From Octopus vulgaris (Eukaryota): a stretch of 64,000 nt of DNA. Below the pieces are notes generated by a model. That model was not told where the DNA came from. It saw only the letters and a program-made list of their open reading frames with translations, and made no database searches. The stretch lies in the NCBI GenBank assembly GCA_951406725.2, contig OX597823.1, positions 84,568,001 through 84,632,000 on the forward strand. The letters are read 5' to 3'. Shown here in pieces: positions 26,067 through 38,313 of the stretch. Made by a program: the position numbers and the translations under genes. The first letter of the stretch is position 1, and each line of letters starts with the position of its first letter.

Positions 26067-26536
26067 CGAATTGGTAACCGTGATTCAACTTAATAATAAT
26101 TTATATTTCTTTTGCAATTTATGTTGAAAAATTGTCCAAAGTGACTGAAAGGGTTAAACTAGAAGTCTTGCAATATTCATTAAAGACTATTTTCTTTCGC
26201 AGGTCTAATCCCGCCAATTTCCAGTTTTATTATTTTTTTTTCGTCGTTTCAGAATGCGCTTCAGTCTTACGGTGGTGAATCGATCGAAGTGTTCATAAAC
26301 ATTGTGGTAATGTTTTCCATATATATGAATTCTTTCCCAGATAAAATTACACTCCAGATTTGAAGCTCTGACGAACCTATAAGATGATACACGAGCTCTC
26401 GACTATGAGTGCATTGCATGTCATTGCTAAAGAAGTTCATTCGATAATTTTTTGTTCCATTTTCATTTATAAGATATACATACATATATGTGTGTGTGAG
26501 TTTGTGTATATGTATTTGTATATGTATATGCATATG

Positions 26537-26567
<31 letters not shown>

Positions 26568-26657
26568 GTGTGTGTGTGTATATATAATTTTAAAATAGTA
26601 TAAAATCTTTATAAGAATTTATCAAGCAGTTAGCGTGAAAACATCAATTATTTCTCT

Positions 26658-26727
<70 letters not shown>

Positions 26728-26969
26728 TGCATACATACATATAACATACATACATATATAATTATATATCAAGTCAAATATGAATGAAATTGCCAAAATC
26801 TTGGTAAAGATCCACCTCCGCTTTGAATTCAAAATCGAATTAATTTTAGTCGATATATATTTATCACACCACATTATGTGTGTGTGGGTGCATCAGAGTG
26901 TGAGTGAGTGCATGTGCATCTTTATCACACACACACTCTCACTCTCTATCTGTCTATCTATCAATCAGT

Positions 26970-27250
26970 TTTTGCTAGTCTTCATTTCGAGAGCTGTGGC
27001 CATACTGTGGCACCACCGTTAGTCTTGCTGCTCTTTAGTTACTTGTAAACTTCATGTGATATCGTGATGTGTCGCATTTGGTGAATGAAGGAGTGTGATG
27101 TTAACGCCCTCATTTGCGATTCCTGTCGTGTGGTAGATTCATCCGGAACTCTTGAATGAGGCAGATCCAGTTTTGTTTTGAAGACCACTACGTCCACCAC
27201 ACGAAGGTCTCTCATGCTTTTTTGCTGGGTGCTTAACTTCTTGAACAGTT
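26970..27250 (-). mobile_element. CR1-type LINE 3' end
   Basis: Minus-strand peptide MRDLRVVDVVVFKTKLDLPHSRVPDESTTRQESQMRALTSHSFIHQM, followed by the tail CGGTGGTGCCACAGTATGGCCACAG. Confidence 0.75.
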
Positions 27251-27717
27251 AACCGGTCGCTGTCGTTATATGCATTTCAATTAATGTCTCAGGCATTTCA
27301 GAACAGGCGAAATCCATCTCTTTCAAACACAAGCCCCAGTGGATTTCTTTTTACTAGAGAGAAAAAAGATACGGAGGGAAAGATAAGGAGATAGATAGAA
27401 GAATCGAACCCAATATAAGAACTGGGACCTTCTTTATGGATACCGAAAGAGTGAAAAGCGGGAGCTAAACTGACTGAGAAAGATTACCGCTATGTAGTCG
27501 ATTCGATGGTGTAACGCATCTGAAATTCAGCAAACTATGCCCGAAATACACACGATAAATCGAACCCGTAACAACGTGGTGTATGCGTGGAAAATTTAAC
27601 TACCAAGGTGGGTAGTGATATATACATATACACACACATTTTGATAGATTCATAAATAGATAGATAGGTAGATAGATAGACAGTCGGATAAATTTGCATG
27701 TACATGTGTAAGTATAT

Positions 27718-27748
<31 letters not shown>

Positions 27749-27755
27749 ATACATC

Positions 27756-27797
<42 letters not shown>

Positions 27798-27942
27798 CAT
27801 TTGCATATACATTAATATACATATATATGTATATGTGAATTCATATATATATGAATATATATTAAAATATATATTAACGGGTAGTACAAATATAGGCATT
27901 CAGAGAATCATGCGGCTATGGTACACCTCTGACACCACCTGG

Positions 27943-27986
<44 letters not shown>

Positions 27987-27989
27987 ACA

Positions 27990-28033
<44 letters not shown>

Positions 28034-28858
28034 GATGTATATATATATGTATATATATATGTATATATATGTATACGTGTATGTGTGCGTTTGTCTGTGT
28101 TTCTGTGTCGTTGTCTTTGTATATTTGTATATGTTCCTATGTATACATACAAGTTTTGTCGTGTGTGAATGATAGGATATGCCTATCTACAATTACTTCG
28201 TTTTTCTTTACGCGTGAGAATATAAAGGTCCAAACATCAAGCCATCAAACCGTCAAATTGAACAGAAATAAAAAGGCAGCTGAAGAGGTGATTATTTAGA
28301 TTTATAAAAAAGAGGCTAGTGAAGTGTTAACGAAAAACGAAGACATATATATTGGAGTGAGAAAGCAATAATGTGAAACAGATGGCAGGAGAATTAGGGT
28401 ATTTAATTGCTTCATAAAATAGCAGAGAAAATGGAAGAGATTGAGATCTATGTATTATGACTGAGATATATGATAGAAATTAAGAAAAATACAAGTGGAA
28501 GTGTTTCTGTATGGGTTCATATATGGGAATGTATATGCTGTTTTGTGTTGTGTTTATGAGTACGGTTGTGTGTTGTGTTTATGAGAACGTTTGTGTGTGT
28601 TAGGTTTGTGTGTGTGTGTATGTGTGTGTGTGTATTTGAAGATGTAAGTGTCGCCGCAGCAGATATGTCAGGTTTTGTCAAAATATATTTAAATATATTC
28701 ATAATAGATATATGATAATTCTATAATATATATGCGAATACATGAGTTGAAAGACGTACGAATATATACAAGATCATATATCAATCTCTCTCTCTCTCTC
28801 TGTCCCCGTATATATTACATTCATACATACGCATATATATATGTATATGCATATATAT

Positions 28859-28925
<67 letters not shown>

Positions 28926-29258
28926 TTACATGCCAATATATAGTTGAGTACGTGGATATATGCAGTTACGCAAATATAAACACAAACACACACACATGCA
29001 TACATGCATACATACAAACACACACACACATATATCTCTCAATATATATATATGCACGCACACTGAAATATATATATATATATATGCAATTATATGTATA
29101 TGTGTATGTGAATGTGTATGTGCGTGTATGACCATATGCGGTATACCTACATAATTACAGGTAAAAATACAAACAAGCCGGCAAACCATAAAAATTAAAA
29201 TATGTGTGTACATATATATATATGCATATTTGTAGAAAAGGGAGACAGATAAATCGCA

Positions 29259-29296
<38 letters not shown>

Positions 29297-29606
29297 GCCC
29301 TGAATGTATACACACGTATACATATCAGTATGTTTAGCTGTAAGAATGTATGCCAATATGTTTCTTGATTAACGATTAAATGGACAAAGTGTATATGTTT
29401 GTATTTGTAAGAAATTGTTTGCTCAAGTAATGAAGTATGTTTTTTTTTATTAAGGTTCATGCTATATATACTTATGATAATAGTAAAGTGATACATATAT
29501 GCACAAAATCACATGCTCCCCAAAAGCACACTAACAAACAGACACATACAGGCACAAAGACACTCATATACCTAACTATATATTTACATATGTCTGTGGG
29601 CATGTT

Positions 29607-29652
<46 letters not shown>

Positions 29653-29731
29653 GAGAGAGAGACATTAATTGATAAACAGATACATACATAGACAGACAGA
29701 TAGATAAGTAGATAAATAGATAGATTGATAG

Positions 29732-29762
<31 letters not shown>

Positions 29763-30328
29763 GATAGATAGACAGACAGATAGATAGATGTAAGTAAAGC
29801 TGTACAAACGAGAATATAACGATAAGGGCTAAAAAATGAAATGGCGGTAGATGAGAAAAGTTATATATATATATAAACATATACTTATTTACACATATAT
29901 ACACATGTTTCATGTACAAATATGGCTGAAGAAGAATGGAGAATATCGCGCAAAAGATAACGAAAACAAAAACAAAACAAAAAGAAAACACACAAAAATC
30001 AAAGAGGTGAGAGAGAGAGAAAGACAGAGAGAAAGAGAGAGACAAGGACACAACAACAACAGGAGCAATGTCGAGCTCATTAAGGGAAAATCAAAAACAT
30101 TTACGCTTAATATTTCCCTGCAGCCAAGGCCTGTTAAATGTTCAACAGCTCTTAGCGATCATTACTTCTTTGCTATCACAAAACGGGATAGGCACTTTCA
30201 CGCAGTAATCACCATTGTCATATTTCGTATGATATAGACGTATATGATATATATATATATATATATCATACATACACACATATATATACATATATACATA
30301 CATATATCATACATACACACACATATAT

Positions 30329-30361
<33 letters not shown>

Positions 30362-30565
30362 CATATATATATATATATAAAAATAAATAAATATACATAC
30401 ACACACACATATATATATGTGTATGCATATATAATATATATATATATATAAATATATATATATAATATGTGTATAAATATGTATATGTATATATGTATAC
30501 ATACATATATATATGTATATATATATATATGTATATATATATGTATATATATATGTATGTATACT

Positions 30566-30613
<48 letters not shown>

Positions 30614-30641
30614 AATATACATTTATATATATCCATATATA

Positions 30642-30676
<35 letters not shown>

Positions 30677-31129
30677 CTATGTGTTTATAGATATGTATAT
30701 GTATGTACAGACACATGTATATAGAAATGTTCCTAGATAGTTTTTTGAGGAATATTTCTTATAAGCATCTATGACCATCGTATATTTACTATTTTGTAAT
30801 TGGACAACGATAAAACTGCAAATAAAAAAAGGACAACAGCAGAACCGACAAATAACAAAAATATGAAAAAAACAAAAAACAAAACAAAAGAAAAACAAAA
30901 CAAGAAGGTGAAAAGAAAATATCAAAGGCCAGAAATGCTTCTCCTTTTAGCAATTGCAGCAAAAATGTTTATATTATATAAAATAGCAAATTGAATGTGT
31001 TTGGAAACAGACGAGAAACACTATGCAACAATGTTTGCCGAAATTCAGGTACAAGCCTTTCAGTTGTTATGGAAAAAGTGGAGAGCTAGTGCTTCAGATA
31101 AATGAAGGGGAGATTATCTTTGACATACG

Positions 31130-31207
<78 letters not shown>

Positions 31208-31209
<2 letters not shown>

Positions 31210-31799
31210 GCTTTATTGCCTACAAGGAGCTAAACATAGAGAGGACAAACAAGACAAACGGATTAAGTCTATTATATCGACCCCAGTGCGTAACTGGTAC
31301 TTATTTAATCGACCCCGAAAGGATGAAAGGCAAAGTCGACCTCGGCGGAATTTGAACTCAGAACGTAGCGGCAGACAAAATACCTATTTCTTTACTACCC
31401 ACAAGGGGCTAAACACAGAGAGGACAAACAAGGACAGACAAACGGATTAAGTCGATTATATCGACCCCAGTGCGTAACTGGTACGTATTTAATCGACTCT
31501 GAAAGGATGAAAGGTAAAGTCGACCTCGGCGGAATTTGAACTCGGAACATAACGGAAGGCGAAATGCCTATTTGTTTACTACCCACAACGGGCTAAACAC
31601 AGAGAGGACAAACAAGTACAGACAAACGGATTAAGTCAATTATATCGACACCAGTGCGTAACTGGTACTTATTTAATCGAATCCGAAAGGATGAAAGGCA
31701 AAGTCGACCTCGGCAGAATCTGAACTCAGAACGTAGCGGCAGACGAAATAGCGCTAAACATTTCGTCCGGCGTGCTAACGATTCTGACAGCTCACCGCC
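31208..31799 (-). mobile_element. SINE family A, trimer (184-bp period)
   Basis: Junctions at 31383/31384 and 31567/31568; only one tRNA head, at about 31750-31799. Confidence 0.92.
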
Positions 31800-31816
31800 T
31801 TGTCTCTGTATACGTG

Positions 31817-31917
<101 letters not shown>

Positions 31918-32054
31918 ATATATATATGTATATATATATACATGTATATATATAAATACACATATATATATACACATATGAACATATATGCATATATATA
32001 TAAATACACGCTTAAGTGCATATGAACTATGTCAAACTATTTCAAAACTATTTT

Positions 32055-32385
32055 TAAATGCTTCAGCTGCAAAGCTGCAGTCATGCTGGAGCACCACCGT
32101 TGACTGTGCTACACCATTATTTGAAACTTCGTCTGATATATGGCATTTCGTCAATGAGGGAGTTTGATACTGATGCCATCATCTGTGTTTCCTGCCGTGA
32201 GGTAGGCTCGTCTCGAACCCGTAACAGGAAGAGACCAAATTTTGTTTTAAATACAATTGCATCCACACGATGCAAGTCTCTCAGGCATTTTGGAAGGATA
32301 TTAAAGAGCTGTGGGTCCTTGAAGCCGAAGCTGTGGCAGAATCTGTTCCTGTATTTTGGTGGCGATGCTGTGATCTTTGGCACTA
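32055..32385 (-). mobile_element. CR1-type LINE 3' end with 3' UTR
   Basis: [61 protein letters not shown], then the tail CGGTGGTGCTCCAGCATGACTGCAG. Confidence 0.8.
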
Positions 32386-32572
32386 TACATTCACATATGC
32401 ATGTATACATTTTACTATCTCTCTCTCCCCCCTCTCTCTCTATCTATATGTATATATAAGCATTTAATTTGTGTATAGAGATGCATATAGATGTCTATGT
32501 ATGCATACATATATATATATATACATATATACATAAATATGTACATATACATAGACACACACACACACACAT

Positions 32573-32603
<31 letters not shown>

Positions 32604-32845
32604 CATATACATATCTTTGCGATATGCTGGAGTACCGCCTTTAGTCGAACGAATAGACTTCAGAACTTATTCTTTGTAAGCCTAGTACTTATTCTATGGG
32701 TCGCTTTTGCTGAATCACTAAGTTACGGGGGCGAAACACACCAACATCGGCTATCAAGCGACGGCGGGGAGACAAACACACACACATAAATATATACATA
32801 TACATCGTGGTTCTTTCAGTTTCCGTTTAACAAATTCTCTCACCT

Positions 32846-32895
32846 GAATATCTTCGGTAATTTGGTACGATCGTACCAAATTACCGAAGATATTC
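32846..32895. repeat. Perfect 50-bp palindrome with no spacer
   Basis: GAATATCTTCGGTAATTTGGTACGA|TCGTACCAAATTACCGAAGATATTC. Confidence 0.97.
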
Positions 32896-33004
32896 TTGTT
32901 GCTTACTTTAATTATAATCTCCCCATGGATTCATATGGATAACACCGTACAAAATTCTGGTGCATCTGACTTAAGTACCATATTCATTTGAATCTAAATT
33001 TTGC

Positions 33005-33060
<56 letters not shown>

Positions 33061-33064
<4 letters not shown>

Positions 33065-33756
33065 GATAAGATCCTTAATTTAAAAATAAAATAACGAGTT
33101 TATCAAGTGGTCAGTATGGAAAAAATATCCTTCAAATGTAATAATTTTTGTTTTCTTTCCCTGTTTATATATGGACTATTAAAGTGGTTTTAGAGTCAGA
33201 TAATGGCTGCTATTTTCAGCATGGTTGTATCTCGTAGATGTCCTAATTTATAATTTTAATAATTATTACCTTTGAAGGTTATTTTTTCCATGCTGACCAC
33301 TTGATAAAATCGTTAATTTATTCTTAAATTAACGATCTTATCCTTATTTATATAAATTTAGATATATTTCGTCACTGTATTTACTGCGGCGATATTTTGA
33401 CCATATCTCACATGGAATTAAACGGCGGGGATTTTGAACTGGCCATGATGCATACGTGCATATATATATGTAGGTATACGTTCGTATATGTAAGTATTCG
33501 TATGCTGTGCTTATATATATATATGTATTTATGTTTCTTTTCCGTGTGTATTCTACTGACGAGGCAAAGCATTAGTAAATGCAAAGTCAGAAATCTGGGA
33601 TCTAGAATTATCCAGTAATTTTTTACTAGTTTCATCTTGTCTCTTTGTTTTCTTTCCGTGTTGATTTATGGACAATTAAGATGGTTTTAGAGTCAGATCA
33701 TGGCTGCTATTTTCAGCACGGTGGTATCTCGTAGATACCCTAATTTATAATTTTAA

Positions 33757-33758
<2 letters not shown>
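33061..33758 (+). mobile_element. Third hammerhead-containing non-coding element (inverted 5' segment plus 113-bp terminal direct repeat)
   Basis: 33061-33146 is inverted relative to 33261-33346. 33149-33261 is directly repeated at 33646-33758 (offset 497). Confidence 0.8.
33550..33608 (+). ncRNA. Type I hammerhead ribozyme
   Basis: Stem I ATTCTA/TAGAAT; core CTGACGA (33556-33562); stem II GGC/GTC plus GCATT/AATGC; GAAA (33590-33593); short stem III TCTGGGA; triplet ATC ending at 33602. Confidence 0.82.
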
Positions 33759-33806
<48 letters not shown>

Positions 33807-33997
33807 TACACTCGCAGCGTACTCTCAAACAGTTTCCGTCGCGTCAACCAAATTCACCCGCATGTCCTGCAGTGCGATTGAACCCGAAACAGCGGGATTA
33901 CAAGGAGTGGTTCTTAAATACATAGCCAATAGCTCACATGATTCTTGAACAACCTTTTTAGGAAACAGAATCAATTAAAAGCAAGTTAATTGTTAAT

Positions 33998-34150
<153 letters not shown>

Positions 34151-34345
34151 GTATGTATATATATATATATATATATGGATATATATAGCGGATACCATAT
34201 TTCCTCCTACGAACAATTTCAGAAAATACGCCTCATAAAAGACAATATTGAATATTCTAAATTATTCTTCGATAAGAAATCATTATGAATTTCATAGATG
34301 TAATAATAATAATAATAATTATAAGGATATTAATAAGGATAATAG

Positions 34346-34416
<71 letters not shown>

Positions 34417-34454
34417 CATCATCATCATCATCATTATTAATATTATTATTATTA

Positions 34455-34516
<62 letters not shown>

Positions 34517-35048
34517 CTAAGTAACAATTCTAAAGAAACGTTGCATGTAGCCGGAGAAATAATTTCTGCGGGGCAGTTGTTTGAAAAGATATGAAAAGAT
34601 GGATGCAAAATGTAGTTTATTAATAAAGAAACTTCTGCTGACACAAAGCTGGTTTTTCTCATAAAAGATGCAGGGATGACTGCAAGGCATTCTTTCAAAC
34701 TATATAAATTCTCTATCCAAAAGAAGCGTATTCGAACCGATTGCTGTTCCGTTCATAAAAATGACCAACAAAGAATGTCAGTCGGAATTAAACATGGAAA
34801 GTGTTAACAGTCAACGGCCAAAAGCAATAAAACTTGTTAGATAAATGGCGTAGCTATTAGCAACAACAGCGGCAACAAAAACAACACACGCGCGCGCACG
34901 CATATATACAGCCAGTAGATAAATACAACTTACACATTGCTAAGTATGCAGGCATACACACCCACAAACACATACATGTTTGCTTATGTATGTATGTATG
35001 TATGTATGTATGTATGTATGTATTTATGTATATATGTATATCTATCTA

Positions 35049-35121
<73 letters not shown>

Positions 35122-35150
35122 GTGTGGAGCCCTGTGTGGCTAATATCTAG

Positions 35151-35227
<77 letters not shown>

Positions 35228-35426
35228 GATAGATAGATAACTTTCTTTATTGGCCACACAAGGCTGGACACAGAGGGGACAAATACAAATGTAGAGCTTT
35301 TCTTTTCGAAAATGAAAAACAAAAAGGGAAAAATGAGAGATAAATAGATAAATAGATAGATAGATAGATAGATAGATAGACAGATAGATACTCATGTATA
35401 CCCATGCATATACATTTGTATGTATA

Positions 35427-35462
<36 letters not shown>

Positions 35463-35571
35463 GGCGGTGCTCCAGCATGGCCACAGTCATTGGACTGAAA
35501 CATAAAAGAACAAAAGATAAAAGAATATATATATGGAAATGATAATTTTAATACGATGTCTATGATGACAA

Positions 35572-35617
<46 letters not shown>

Positions 35618-36298
35618 GATGAGGATGATGATGATGACAACGATGATGACGAGGACGACGACAACGACGACGACGACGACGATGATGATACAGACGACAG
35701 CGATGACGAATTTTTTCCCTCAACAATACTTAATAATAAATGATGGTCGTAGACAATGCGAAGAGCTGAGATGAAAATCTTGAAAATACCACAAGCCAAA
35801 TCATTATGTTCGCTGAAAGGCTACAACAATAATTTCACCGGCGAAATTATCTGACATAGGTTTAATAGAACCTAGTTCTACCTGCAGGCATAACAGACCA
35901 ATAAGTAGCTCTTTTGACATAGTGCGGACATTTAAAAGGGGAGAAAAACAGTCCTTAAAGAGGGATAATAGTACTTTACCTATTTTGCTAGACAAAATAA
36001 GCGGAACAATGAATGTATGAAAACATTCAGAAGACCTAATCTTCGTTTTGACCGTTGCTTATTTGTGAATAAGTGAATGTGAGAATGGATAAAAACACGA
36101 ATGAACGAATGAGAGAATGTGTTATTATTAATATATGTGTGTATGTGTATCTGAATAGCGCATGAATGTTTGTATGTATGTATGGTTGGATGAATGGATG
36201 AAGGCCTGTATGTAGGTTGGCATAGGTACATCTGCATGTGTTCGTATATAGATAATTTATTTATTTATTTATTTAAAGGACATAGTACTTACCTTTAA

Positions 36299-36353
36299 GT
36301 ACTACTAAGAGTTTCATATGTTGAGAAATGCCTCAAATATATTCATCAGGCAC
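36299..36353 (-). ncRNA. Type I hammerhead ribozyme inside a ~145-bp imperfect palindrome (about 36265-36410)
   Basis: Minus strand: GTGC CTGATGA ATAT-ATTTGAG-GCATTT-CTCAA-C-ATAT GAAA CT-CTT-AG TA GTAC. Stem I is GTGC/GTAC with one G-U pair. Confidence 0.75.
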
Positions 36354-36569
36354 AAACCATATGAAACTATTTGTAGCACCTAAAAACATGTATTGAATCC
36401 TTAAATAGATAGTGTGCATGTGTGTAAGTGTGTACATTGATAGATAAAGAAATAAATAGATAAAGAAATAGATAGATGGATAGATTGATAGATAGGTAGA
36501 TAGGTAGCTAGGTATATACTAACTCATTTCACTTTTCATTAATGCATTAGATTAATGTATTGGAGTTTA

Positions 36570-37090
36570 ACTATTAACGAGTCAACGTTAACGTGGCGCC
36601 TCAAAGACGAAGGGATCCCATACTATATCATACGAGGATTTTAGAGCGGCTGGGAACCTATATGAAATGGAGCGACCGCTGCAAGCTTTGTGTCGCTGAC
36701 CGAGCAAGGATACTCAAAGACTCCCTGAAACCTGAATTACTGAACACTCTCCAGGAATATACAGTCTTTGCATGCATTTCAAGCTACTTGCTGCAAGCAT
36801 GGGATTTTCCCATTCCACGATTAGACCCGGAAGAGTCCTTACAATTTAAAAGCAGTGCAAGGGGAAAATCTCCTGTTCCTCCTCTTTTGGCCCAGATAAA
36901 TGGTCTAAGGAAGATAATCCATCCTCACTGAACCCAGAATATTTATCATTTGCAGACTTACTGACCAAGGGACCGTAACGAATTCCTGCCTTGCAGAGGT
37001 GAAGAGTTACATTCGTTTTCAGCTTTAGAGTCTGACGAGACGCTAAGCCCTTTGCGGATGCGAACCCAATGGTCACTCTATCACCAGATA
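36570..37090 (+). mobile_element. 3' end of a Penelope-like element (GIY-YIG endonuclease C-terminal region plus pLTR)
   Basis: Across a frameshift: WRLKDEGIPYYI / RILERLGTYMKWSDRCKLCVADRARILKDSLKPELLNTLQEY..CMH. This matches the Penelope-type C-terminus W.LK...I.Y.I.W.IL...Y....C.LC..EK..I...LLN...E...C.H and is followed by a hammerhead. Confidence 0.78.
37026..37080 (+). ncRNA. Type I hammerhead ribozyme, GAAA>GAAC variant (probably inactivated)
   Basis: Stem I TAGAGT/ACTCTA; core CTGACGA (37032-37038); GAAC (37062-37065); stem III CCAATGG; triplet GTC ending at 37074. Confidence 0.75.
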
Positions 37091-37100
37091 TAGACCTTAA

Positions 37101-37247
<147 letters not shown>

Positions 37248-37394
37248 TTATCTATAAATCCAAAATGGAGATGACCACCAATCCTTAAGGCATTCCTTGA
37301 AAAATTGAAAGCTTTAATACACAAATATATGATTTTTATCCACCAATGCCGTGTTGAGCATTCATTCTCATTGCATTGTTGAACATTTGCGTGT

Positions 37395-37459
<65 letters not shown>

Positions 37460-38246
37460 AGGTCGGAGGAAGCTGTAAGTTGATGTACAAACATTCAGCT
37501 GTGGATGTACAGGTTCCAGCAGCAGAAACAGCCGTAAGACAATGAAGTTCACCGCATAATGTCCTGTTACGTTTTCATTTATCTAATTTCATATTCTTTC
37601 ACGTGGACCTGTGTTCATAAGTGGGTGTACCTTATCTATATGTATCTTATCTATATTTGTGTACGCATAATTATGAAGGCTGGTTAGTTATTGCATCGTA
37701 AAATTTCATTTGAACAGGAGTATCTATACTTAGTACCACAACGAATCAGAACGCATTAAATAAATCTGAACCCACGACACGTGTGTTTGTAGTGCAACGA
37801 CATAACCTACTCAGGTATTTCATCTTTTCTTCATACGAACAAAGTACTACATACGCCGTTAGGTTTATATCAGATACAAATTCCCAGTTTTTGTACAGTT
37901 GTGTACAATTGTAATTTCAGTTAGCGATTTAGAAAAAAAAAATACAAAAAAAACTAGTAATAATTTTTTATTTTATTTTTTTTCTATAGAGGGAATTCTG
38001 CCAAAGGAGGTATGTTTTCTGTAAAATACCACTTACAAATATTCCTGCATTGAAAATCCATTTGCTACAACCAGAAAACTTGTTTGATTTTTCACTTGCT
38101 AAATATACAGAACAATACTTTATAATTTCTAGGATTACTCTCAGAACAGCTGACAATGATTTCAATAAGAAATGCATTTTCTGAACCGCTTATTTCAAAT
38201 CTTTTCTTACCCTAGATGAATTCACATCGTATATTTTATGTTGCTG

Positions 38247-38313
<67 letters not shown>

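Noticed and set aside
31384-31567. The 184-bp SINE tandem unit as a hammerhead retrozyme monomer
   Set aside because: No CTGANGA/GAAA hammerhead core found on either strand; it carries a Pol III B box instead.
36291-36379. Apparent minus-strand exon (TTTTAG..GTAAGT) or pre-miRNA hairpin
   Set aside because: Better explained by the hammerhead plus inverted arm; the splice-like signals lie within the palindrome arms.
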